NCBI GenBank assembly: GCA_963736875.1
Contig: CAVTQH010000002.1
Span: 69,294-133,293, forward strand
Length of the DNA: 64,000 nt
Direction: 5' to 3'
DNA from: Candidatus Amesbacteria bacterium
GTDB taxonomy: Bacteria; Patescibacteriota; Microgenomatia; CAZETR01; Amesbacteraceae
Part shown: positions 30,842 through 38,896 of the stretch, one piece after another
How the letters are laid out: every line of letters begins with the position of its first letter
Numbering within the stretch: the stretch's first letter is position 1
Notes under the pieces: model-generated
Told to the model about the DNA's origin: nothing
Database searches by the model: none
What the model saw: only the letters and a program-made list of their open reading frames with translations
Translations under genes and position numbers: made by a program

Positions 30842-31587
30842 GTTAATTTGAATAGCCTTCCGGCGTTTGCTGATGTTAACTCATCTATATACCGGACAGC
30901 CACGCCTCTTATTTCGGCTACTTTCTCCGCTACAATTTTAACATTCACCGGGGTATTAATATCACTCTGTACTCCGACGGGAACGGAATATGGCGCATCC
31001 GTTTCCAGAAGCAGTAATTCCTCCGGCAATTCCCTGATAACAATTTTCATTCTGGGATTATTTTCGTATGTTACTAACCCCCCGAAACTCATATACCAAC
31101 CTCTTTCCGCACATTTTTGCATAAATTCCCTTCCCCTGGTAAAGCAGTGCATTAAAACCCCTGTCCTTACCCCGTTCAGTATTCTTAATATATCTTCATC
31201 CGCGTTTCGGTTATGCACCACAATCGGCAATCTTGTTTCTTCGGCCAGTCCCGCCATCGCTCCAAACAACTCTTTCTGTTTGTTCTTTTCTTCAGGTTTT
31301 GTCTCAAGTCTAAAGTCCAATCCCACTTCTCCTATACCTACCACTTTTGGATGTTTGATTAATTTTATTAATTCACGCATATTTTTTTGCCAACCATCAA
31401 ACACATTCTCCGGATGAATACCTGCTACAGCCCATACATTGTCAAACTTTTCCGACAGTTGCACTGCTTCTATACTATCCTCGAGGCTGGTTCCGGCCGT
31501 GATTATTTTCACTCCCGATTCTGCAATTTCTGATATCTCATTATCCCGGTATCGTGAATCAGTCAGGTGACAGTGGACATCAATCAT
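30838..31587 (-). CDS. tatD: TatD family DNase
   Basis: DVHCHL, GIHP, GEVGLD, VHNR, MHCF, LETDAPY. Confidence 0.95.
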   Translation of the reverse strand: MIDVHCHLTDSRYRDNEISEIAESGVKIITAGTSLEDSIEAVQLSEKFDNVWAVAGIHPENVFDGWQKNMRELIKLIKHPKVVGIGEVGLDFRLETKPEEKNKQKELFGAMAGLAEETRLPIVVHNRNADEDILRILNGVRTGVLMHCFTRGREFMQKCAERGWYMSFGGLVTYENNPRMKIVIRELPEELLLLETDAPYSVPVGVQSDINTPVNVKIVAEKVAEIRGVAVRYIDELTSANAGRLFKLT

Positions 31588-32999
31588 TGTATTCTCGGAA
31601 ACAACCCGGCCCGAGCTTGAATCTTCGGTCCCTTAAATTGTTCCAGTATCTCTTCCGCCGTCTCGGGTAAAAACGGCTGCAGGTGGTACGCAATATGCCT
31701 GACCTTCCCCACCAGCTCTATTAATACACTTCTTAATTCTTCGCCATTTAATTTCCACGGTTGTTTGTTATCGATGACCTGGTCACAATTACTTACCTCA
31801 AGTGCTATTAAGGCGGCTGCCTCATGAAATTTGAATTCATTTATTTTATCCCCGATCTTTCTGTTAAACGTCAACTTTTCTTTGGGGAATTCAAAACCGC
31901 TGTTCTGGCATAACTTAGCCACTCTCGCGACAACATTTCCTACCCCATTGGCCAAGCTGGAATTGTAAAAATCAACCAGCTTACTAATGGAAAAATCACT
32001 GTCTTCCCAGGGGTGTATCTGTGACAACAGATAAAACCTCAATGTATCGGCCTTATATTTTTCAGCCAACTCGATGGCATTAATTGCATCACCCGAGCTT
32101 TTGCTTATTTTCTGTCCGTCTACGGTCAAAAATCCATGGATAAACACCTGCTTGGAATTAGGCAGTCCTGCAGACAAGAGCATTGCCTGCCACATTGCGG
32201 ATTGCTGCCGCAGATTATCTTTTCCCGCCACCTGTACCCCAGGCCAGAAATCAGAAAATTTCTTCCCATTCTCCGGCCACCCTAAGGTAGAAATGTAATT
32301 AATTAAAGCGTCAAACCACACATACATCACATGTTCAGGGTCGTCCGGTACATCAATTCCCCAAGGCATCTTCTTCCTCAGTCTGGATACACTGAAATCC
32401 TCCAGCCCGGTTTTTACAAAAGTCTTTATTTCATTATATTTTCCTTCCGGGATGACAAAATCAGGATGTTTGTCGTAAAAATCCAGCAGAGGCTGCTGAT
32501 ATTTGGAAAATCTGAAGAAATAATTTTCTTCCTCAATAATTTCCAGTTCAAGGGCAGGATGAATCGGGCACTTCCCATCAATCAGCTCTGACTCCGTCTT
32601 TTCCAACTCGCACCCTACACAGTACTTGATTCTATAATTTTTCTTGTAAATATCTCCCTTTTTCAGGCACCTTTGCCAAAATTCCTGAGCGGCTTTAATA
32701 TGATGCGGGTCCGTGGTCCGGATAAAATTTGTGTAACTTAAATTCAGAGCTCTTTTCAGATCATCAAATTTGGCTGCATACTCATTACAGTAAATCTGCG
32801 GATCCTTCCCCAACTCTAAGGCCTTACGGTAGATTTTTAACCCGTGTTCATCAGTGCCGAAATTAAAAATAACATCTTTTCCCAACAATCTTTGATATCT
32901 GGCGATCACATCCGCTTGCACGATCTCCAGGGCAAACCCGATGTGCGGTTCAGCGTTTACGTAAGGTAAGGTAGTCGTAATATAAAATTTTTCCGCCAT
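31584..32999 (-). CDS. metG: Methionine--tRNA ligase (short form)
   Basis: YVNAEPHIG, GTDEHG, FIRTT, YVWFDAL, KISKS. Confidence 0.96.
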   Translation of the reverse strand: MAEKFYITTTLPYVNAEPHIGFALEIVQADVIARYQRLLGKDVIFNFGTDEHGLKIYRKALELGKDPQIYCNEYAAKFDDLKRALNLSYTNFIRTTDPHHIKAAQEFWQRCLKKGDIYKKNYRIKYCVGCELEKTESELIDGKCPIHPALELEIIEEENYFFRFSKYQQPLLDFYDKHPDFVIPEGKYNEIKTFVKTGLEDFSVSRLRKKMPWGIDVPDDPEHVMYVWFDALINYISTLGWPENGKKFSDFWPGVQVAGKDNLRQQSAMWQAMLLSAGLPNSKQVFIHGFLTVDGQKISKSSGDAINAIELAEKYKADTLRFYLLSQIHPWEDSDFSISKLVDFYNSSLANGVGNVVARVAKLCQNSGFEFPKEKLTFNRKIGDKINEFKFHEAAALIALEVSNCDQVIDNKQPWKLNGEELRSVLIELVGKVRHIAYHLQPFLPETAEEILEQFKGPKIQARAGLFPRIQ

Positions 33000-33038
33000 A
33001 TTCGTATTTTAACCCATCGCCTTGATATAATCCTCCCC

Positions 33039-34247
33039 GTGGATAAATCTTACCAGCCGTCATCAGAGGTGCTTGAAAAGTATGCCGGGGTGTTGGTTAA
33101 TTATGCTTTGAATTCCGGTAAGGGGGTTAAAAAAGGTGAAGTAGTCAGGCTGGTAGTTAATGAGTCAGCCAAACCGCTGTACGTAGCCTTAAGAAATCAA
33201 TTATTACGATCCGGGGCTCATTGTATTACCGCCTACCACCCTGACGGTGTAGACAGGGAATATTTTGAGCTGGCTGATGAAACCCAGTTAAAATTTTTCC
33301 CCAGAAAGTACTTTCGCGGCCTGGCTGATGAGATCGATCATTCCATCGGCATTATTTCCGAGACCGACAAACACGAACTGGAAGGCATAGACCCGGCCAG
33401 GATTATGCTTAGCCAAAAAACCAAAAAACCTTTCAAAGACTGGTTGGATGCCAAAGAAAATGCCGGCCGTTTTACCTGGACTTTGGCGCTTTTTGGCACT
33501 CCGGCTATGGCCAAAGAAGCCGGTATGAACCTGAAACAATATTGGGATCAGATTATTAAGGCTTGTTTTTTGGACCATCCCGACCCGATATCCAAATGGC
33601 GGGAGGTGTCTGTCCAAAACACCGGTATCAGAAAAAAACTTAATGCTTTAGCCATAGAAAAACTGCATCTTAAAGGTCCTGATGTCGACCTTTGGATTAC
33701 TTTGGGGCAAAAACGCCGATGGCTTGGCGGCTCCGGCCGCAACATTCCCAGTTTTGAGATATTTACTTCTCCTGACTGGCGGGGGACCAATGGGTGGATT
33801 GAATTCAACCAACCTCTCTACCGATACGGCAATTTAATTACCGGCATCAGGCTGGAATTTGAGAAAGGCTTGGTTGTTAAAAGCTCGGCCACGAAAAATT
33901 ATTCGGTTCTTCAGAAAATGCTGGAGGTAGAAAATGCAAATAAGATTGGGGAATTTTCCTTGACAGACAGGCGCCTTTCAAGAATCGATAAATTTATGGC
34001 CGAAACCCTGTTTGATGAAAACATTTCCGGTCCTTTCGGCAATACCCATATTGCCCTGGGAACCGCTTACGACGACACATATTCCGGGAACATAAAGAAT
34101 CTTAATAAATCTCTCAAGACCAAACTGGGTTTTAACAATTCCGTAATCCACACGGACATCATTTCTACCACCGACCGTACGGTTACCGCTCATCTTACCG
34201 ATGGTTCCCGAAAAATCATTTACTCTTCCGGCCGGTTTGTCCTTTAA
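33039..34247 (+). CDS. Aminopeptidase, M29 (AmpS/AmpT) family
   Basis: NIPSFEIFTSP, IGEFSL, LFDEN, HIALG, SVIHTDI. Confidence 0.92.
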   Translation: MDKSYQPSSEVLEKYAGVLVNYALNSGKGVKKGEVVRLVVNESAKPLYVALRNQLLRSGAHCITAYHPDGVDREYFELADETQLKFFPRKYFRGLADEIDHSIGIISETDKHELEGIDPARIMLSQKTKKPFKDWLDAKENAGRFTWTLALFGTPAMAKEAGMNLKQYWDQIIKACFLDHPDPISKWREVSVQNTGIRKKLNALAIEKLHLKGPDVDLWITLGQKRRWLGGSGRNIPSFEIFTSPDWRGTNGWIEFNQPLYRYGNLITGIRLEFEKGLVVKSSATKNYSVLQKMLEVENANKIGEFSLTDRRLSRIDKFMAETLFDENISGPFGNTHIALGTAYDDTYSGNIKNLNKSLKTKLGFNNSVIHTDIISTTDRTVTAHLTDGSRKIIYSSGRFVL

Positions 34248-34560
34248 CTCTCCGCTCCCACCTGTCAGTGTCCCGCTGTTTGTACTTGTACATGACCCTT
34301 TTAAAAGCTTTCTCCAAATCAATCCCCAGGGAATTAGCCAAACAAACCAGGGTAAAAATTATATCCGCAATTTCATCGTCCAAATTATTATCCTTCTCAT
34401 CAACCTTCTTCTTTTTCGGACCGAATTGGTGATTGATTTCTCTGGCTAATTCACCCACCTCCTCCATCAATCTGGCCAAAATTTCCAGCGGTTTAAAATA
34501 ACCCAGTTTAAATTGCCTTATCCACTTGTCAACTTCTTTTTGAATTCCTTTTAGCTTCAT
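34216..34560 (-). CDS. MazG-like nucleotide pyrophosphohydrolase (YpjD-like)
   Basis: LARLMEEVGELAREINH, DEIAD, KYKQRDTDRW. Confidence 0.9.
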   Translation of the reverse strand: MKLKGIQKEVDKWIRQFKLGYFKPLEILARLMEEVGELAREINHQFGPKKKKVDEKDNNLDDEIADIIFTLVCLANSLGIDLEKAFKRVMYKYKQRDTDRWERRVKGQTGRKSK

Positions 34561-34918
34561 ATTTTTTGACACTTAGGAGGTTTTTAATTTTTTCTTCCCA
34601 CTTTGTCGCCCATTCCTCTGCCAGTATTTTTTTAATCGCCACCTGCCACCCCGGGTTTTTCAAATCCTTTTGAATGGTGGCAATCGAAGCCGACGACACC
34701 TTCAAATTATCACGGATTACCTCATAACTTCTTTTTTTTGTCAGCCAATAGCCGGTTGCCAGCCTTTTAATTACAGTTGTCAGCTCGGTTTCAGAAAGTA
34801 AATCAGAAAATATTTCCCGGGCTTCCTGTGGATTTTTAATATCCGCTACCATCTGGTACCACATCTGCTGCAGCTGCTTCTCTAATATTTTATTAACTTT
34901 CTGTTTTGATATCTGCAC
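34529..34918 (-). CDS. TrpR/YerC-YecD-like helix-turn-helix protein
   Basis: DLLSETE...KRL...SYEVIRDNLKVSSASIATI. Confidence 0.8.
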   Translation of the reverse strand: MQISKQKVNKILEKQLQQMWYQMVADIKNPQEAREIFSDLLSETELTTVIKRLATGYWLTKKRSYEVIRDNLKVSSASIATIQKDLKNPGWQVAIKKILAEEWATKWEEKIKNLLSVKKYEAKRNSKRS

Positions 34919-34933
34919 GAGCCAAATACTACT

Positions 34934-35236
34934 TTAATTGATCAAACTTATCAACCCCAAAATAAGAATTAAAAGTATACCCGTTAAAACATCCAATACA
35001 CTCAGGCGGTTGAGTATCAACACCCCGAATATTAAAAGTGAAATTATAAATCCCCATTTTTTCCTACCCCCAAACCACGAAGATAAAAGAAACATTGATA
35101 CAAATCCTGTTACTAGCACCATTACTTCCTTCCACCATTGATCCGGAGTCCAGTGCCATATCATCCATCCGGTAACCGCCAGACCTAACGCTCCCGCCAG
35201 CAAACCCCAAATCGGTTTCTTTTCCTGTTTCCTCAT
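34934..35236 (-). CDS. Hypothetical small membrane protein
   Basis: 100 aa, four hydrophobic segments. Confidence 0.7.
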   Translation of the reverse strand: MRKQEKKPIWGLLAGALGLAVTGWMIWHWTPDQWWKEVMVLVTGFVSMFLLSSWFGGRKKWGFIISLLIFGVLILNRLSVLDVLTGILLILILGLISLIN

Positions 35237-35252
35237 ATATAATCAACTTGCC

Positions 35253-36248
35253 ATGAACCCGGATCTTTATCTTATTTTAGCAGTAATTCTGGCGGGATTT
35301 GGTATTACTCTCATTCTTTTCCGCCGTTGGTTGTCTGAAAAACCTCAAACGGATACTGCTTTAACTGAATGGCTCAAATCCATGCAGGCCACAGTCCAGG
35401 GTTCTTCTTCGGATGTGGCCAAACTGCTTCAGGAAAACACCCGTCAGTTAAATGACCGCTTGGATAACGCCGCCCGGGTCATTTCCTCAGTCCAAAAAAA
35501 TCTAGGCGAGATGTCAGAAGTGGGTAAAGGCATAAAAACTCTCCAGGAATTTCTCCAAAGCCCGAAACTTAGGGGAAATATCGGCGAGCAGGTTCTCTCG
35601 GATATGATAGGAGAGACTTTTCCCAAAAACGCTTTTCACCTGCAGCATTCCTTTAAATCAGGCGTCAAGGCTGACGCTGTCCTAAAAACCGACGCCGGCC
35701 TTCTCTGTATCGATTCCAAATTTCCCATGACCAATTTTAACCTGATGGTAAAAGGTGAAACTGAAGCCGAACGAAAACAGGCTAAAAAGGACTTTATTGC
35801 CGATGTTAAAAAGCATGCATCCGATATTTCCAGAAAATATATCCTGCCGGAGGAAAACACCATGGATTTTGCCCTGATGTATATTCCGGCCGAAACCGTT
35901 TACTACGAAGTCGTTAATACTCCGGAAATTACGGATTATGCCAGATCCTTAAGGGTTTATCCCGTTTCACCCAACACTCTTTATGCTCACCTCCAGGTCC
36001 TTCTGGTTTCCTTCCAGGGCAAAGAAATGGAAGCCAAATCCCGGGAGGTTTTCCGGCTCTTGCGGGCTATCCAGAAAGATTACTCCAAAGTCGAGGAGAA
36101 TCTCGGTGTACTAAATCGCCATGTGACTAATGCTTACAACCAAATGAGCCAGGTCGGCAGCGGTTTTGTCACCCTCGGTCAAAAATTATCCCAGACAAAT
36201 ATGCTGACCGGTGAAGAAAAAGAGGAAACGAAAAAGCTTGAAACATAA
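35253..36248 (+). CDS. rmuC: DNA recombination protein RmuC
   Basis: KLRGNIGE, IDSKFP, KYI, DFALMYIPAE, VSPNTL. Confidence 0.93.
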   Translation: MNPDLYLILAVILAGFGITLILFRRWLSEKPQTDTALTEWLKSMQATVQGSSSDVAKLLQENTRQLNDRLDNAARVISSVQKNLGEMSEVGKGIKTLQEFLQSPKLRGNIGEQVLSDMIGETFPKNAFHLQHSFKSGVKADAVLKTDAGLLCIDSKFPMTNFNLMVKGETEAERKQAKKDFIADVKKHASDISRKYILPEENTMDFALMYIPAETVYYEVVNTPEITDYARSLRVYPVSPNTLYAHLQVLLVSFQGKEMEAKSREVFRLLRAIQKDYSKVEENLGVLNRHVTNAYNQMSQVGSGFVTLGQKLSQTNMLTGEEKEETKKLET

Positions 36249-36257
36249 ATATAATAT

Positions 36258-36977
36258 ATGATTCCGGCAGACATCAAACTCCAAATTCCGAAAAATTCTT
36301 TACCTGAAAAGCAGAAGCACTTTTTAGCCTACATTCCTTGGGATAACAAATATTTATCCCTTATACCGTCAGAGTACCAAAGGTATTTTCTGGATTGCTT
36401 GCCGCTGCTGGGAGTTCGTACCACTGATGTTCACATTGCCGTTTGTTTTCAGTACCTGGATCAGCTGATTCACAGTTTCGAAACTGCACACCGGGTAAAA
36501 ATAGACAAAGACATTGTAGCTCTGGGTCTTATACTTCATGATATTGGTTGGAGCAGGCTTTCAGATGAAGAAATTGCGGCCAGCCTCGGTATTTCCGGAC
36601 TAAAACTTAACAAAGCAGCGGCCGGTCCGAAGGAAAGACATGCAGTTGAAGGTGAAAAAATTGCCCGACAAAAACTAGCTGCCTGGGGGATCACGCCGGC
36701 TAAAATAAATTTAATCTGTCTGTGCGTTCGCTGGCACGACAACCTGCACAATGTAAGTCAAAACGGAAAGATTCCCCCCGAGGCTGAATTATTAGCGGAT
36801 TTGGATCACCTTTGGTCATATACTCATCTGAATTTCTGGCAGGATACGGTCAGGAAAGGAATCCCGCCGGCAGACTATGCGGCGAATCTGGACACCGACT
36901 TGGACAACTATTTTATTACTCCGGAAGGGAAAGTCTTGGCCGGTCGTCTGTTATCGGATAGAATTGCAGAGTTATGA
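36258..36977 (+). CDS. HD-domain phosphohydrolase
   Basis: H...LHDIG...HAVEG...HD...ADLD pattern. Confidence 0.82.
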   Translation: MIPADIKLQIPKNSLPEKQKHFLAYIPWDNKYLSLIPSEYQRYFLDCLPLLGVRTTDVHIAVCFQYLDQLIHSFETAHRVKIDKDIVALGLILHDIGWSRLSDEEIAASLGISGLKLNKAAAGPKERHAVEGEKIARQKLAAWGITPAKINLICLCVRWHDNLHNVSQNGKIPPEAELLADLDHLWSYTHLNFWQDTVRKGIPPADYAANLDTDLDNYFITPEGKVLAGRLLSDRIAEL

Positions 36978-37966
36978 ATTACCACCCTTTGGGTAAGACC
37001 GGACTAAAAGTGGCCGAAATTGGTATCGGTACCTGGCAGATAGCCAAAGGTGACATGTGGGCAAATACTGATGAAAAAGAAAGTTTCCACGCCCTGGAGC
37101 ATTATGTGGATCTGGGGGGTAATTTTATAGACACCGCCTGGATCTATAGTTACTCGCAATTGTTTAATCGTCATGGCTCACACGAACTTATAGGCAAATT
37201 TTTAAAGGAATCAAAAAAAAGAGAAAAATTAATCATTGCTTCCAAGGTTCCTCCTAAAAACATGCACTGGCCGGCCAAGCCCGGGATTCCTGTTTCTGAA
37301 GTTTTTCCGAACGAATGGATAGAAAAATGTGTCGACGATTCACTGAAAAGCTTACATACGGAATATATAGACCTGATGCAGTTTCATGTCTGGCAGGACG
37401 ATTTTGCGCAAGACGACGGCTGGAAAAACACCATCCAAAGAATAATTAAATCCGGTAAAGTCCGCTTCTGGGGGATTTCAGTTAACGACTATCAGCCGGA
37501 AAATTGTTTAAAGACCTTGGATACGGGCTTAATTGACACCATTCAGTTTATTTTTAATATTTTTCACCAGAAACCTTTGGAAATACTCATCCCTTATGCC
37601 CAAGAACACAATATCGGTCTTATTGCCAGGGTTCCGTTGGATGAAGGGGGACTGTCCGGGAAATTCACCGTTGATACCAGGTTTTCCGAGGGAGATTTCC
37701 GCCGGAACTTTTTCCAACCCGGCCGTTTACCCGAATTAGTCAGGCGGACGGATACGCTCAAACAACTTCTTCCCAAAAATGAATCTTTAGCTAAGTTTGC
37801 TCTCCGCTTCATTCTTTCTTTTGACGCTGTATCCACAGTTATCCCCGGCATGCGCAGGGTCTCATATGTCGATTCCAATACTGCCGTCTCCGGCACCGGG
37901 AAACTTCCCCCCCAACTCCTCGCCGAACTCAAAAAACACTCCTGGGAAAGAAACTTTTATATCTGA
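36974..37966 (+). CDS. Aldo/keto reductase
   Basis: LGKTGLKV, GNFIDTAWIY, SLKSLHTEYIDLMQFH, GKVRFWGIS, VIPG. Confidence 0.93.
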   Translation: MNYHPLGKTGLKVAEIGIGTWQIAKGDMWANTDEKESFHALEHYVDLGGNFIDTAWIYSYSQLFNRHGSHELIGKFLKESKKREKLIIASKVPPKNMHWPAKPGIPVSEVFPNEWIEKCVDDSLKSLHTEYIDLMQFHVWQDDFAQDDGWKNTIQRIIKSGKVRFWGISVNDYQPENCLKTLDTGLIDTIQFIFNIFHQKPLEILIPYAQEHNIGLIARVPLDEGGLSGKFTVDTRFSEGDFRRNFFQPGRLPELVRRTDTLKQLLPKNESLAKFALRFILSFDAVSTVIPGMRRVSYVDSNTAVSGTGKLPPQLLAELKKHSWERNFYI

Positions 37967-38063
37967 AAACGAAGTCGAAAATTTGAGGGCAAACCTTATC
38001 ATAACAAATTTCCGGTCTTATTTGCAGTCTTTATATTTTTCAAAACAACATCAATAATAAGGT

Positions 38064-38309
38064 GTGTTTTACGGGGAATTAAACTTTACACCGTTCAGAA
38101 TTCAACGTCAGGTAAATAGGCAGCGTCTCAAAGAAATCGAAAAAGAGCAACAGAGAATTAACGGGACAAGAAAGCCGGTAAAAGGAGGTTTGAGTGAGGC
38201 AATTCGGCATGAGCAGGAAAAGACTGAAAGAAACCGGACAAGATGGGTACCCACAGACAGTCAGGAAGCTCAAAGTGCATTAAGAGATCATTTACGGAAA
38301 CAACAATAA
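38064..38309 (+). CDS. Hypothetical basic protein
   Basis: 81-aa ORF filling the gap before the rnhB stop; no motif recognised. Confidence 0.5.
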   Translation: MFYGELNFTPFRIQRQVNRQRLKEIEKEQQRINGTRKPVKGGLSEAIRHEQEKTERNRTRWVPTDSQEAQSALRDHLRKQQ

Positions 38310-38312
38310 ATT

Positions 38313-38876
38313 TTAAGAATGATTGAGTGCGGTTGTTACAAACACCCCACGGTGATATCTGACTGACCCAAATTCCTTAATCGCTTCTATATGATAACCG
38401 GTTCCGTATCCCGCGTTCATCCGCCATCCGTATTGCGGATGTTTGCCGTGCAGCTCTCGCATCAGTCTGTCGCGGGTGACTTTGGCTACAATTGATGCCG
38501 CCATCACGCACTTTCGTGTCCTGTCCGCCCCAACTACGCTTTTTACATTTTTATTTCTTAGATATATATGTAAATTTCCGTCAACAACGTATTTATCAGC
38601 TTCAATATTTTTAATCAATCTTTTAAAGATTTCCTTATTTGCCCATCCGATTCCCCGGTTATTTATTTGTCTGGCTGTGATTATTTCTGTTTTTACTACA
38701 CAACCGGATTCAAGAATTGCTTGACATATTTTTTCCCGTCGTCTTGGGTTGAGTTTCTTGGAATCTTTCAATTCCAAATTATATATTCTGAATTTTGAAT
38801 TCAATATTACCCCTGATGCTACCAATGGTCCCGCCAAAGCACCTCTTCCCGCTTCATCCAATCCGCAGACAATCAT
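38313..38876 (-). CDS. rnhB: Ribonuclease HII
   Basis: GLDEAGRGALAGP, DSKKL, DG, AASIVAKVTRD, GYGT..H. Start ATG 38876. Confidence 0.95.
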   Translation of the reverse strand: MIVCGLDEAGRGALAGPLVASGVILNSKFRIYNLELKDSKKLNPRRREKICQAILESGCVVKTEIITARQINNRGIGWANKEIFKRLIKNIEADKYVVDGNLHIYLRNKNVKSVVGADRTRKCVMAASIVAKVTRDRLMRELHGKHPQYGWRMNAGYGTGYHIEAIKEFGSVRYHRGVFVTTALNHS

Positions 38877-38882
38877 GATCAC

Positions 38883-38890
38883 AGTATAAT
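38883..38890. promoter_or_regulatory. Bidirectional -10 element (AGTATAAT)
   Basis: Reads TATAAT on plus (6 nt before ATG 38897) and TATACT on minus (6 nt before ATG 38876). Confidence 0.65.
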
Positions 38891-38896
38891 GGCACC

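Noticed and set aside
37967-38063. GGGCAAACC resembling the start of a c-di-GMP-I riboswitch
   Set aside because: Lacks the following GAAA tetraloop stem and GCAAAG/P2 elements.
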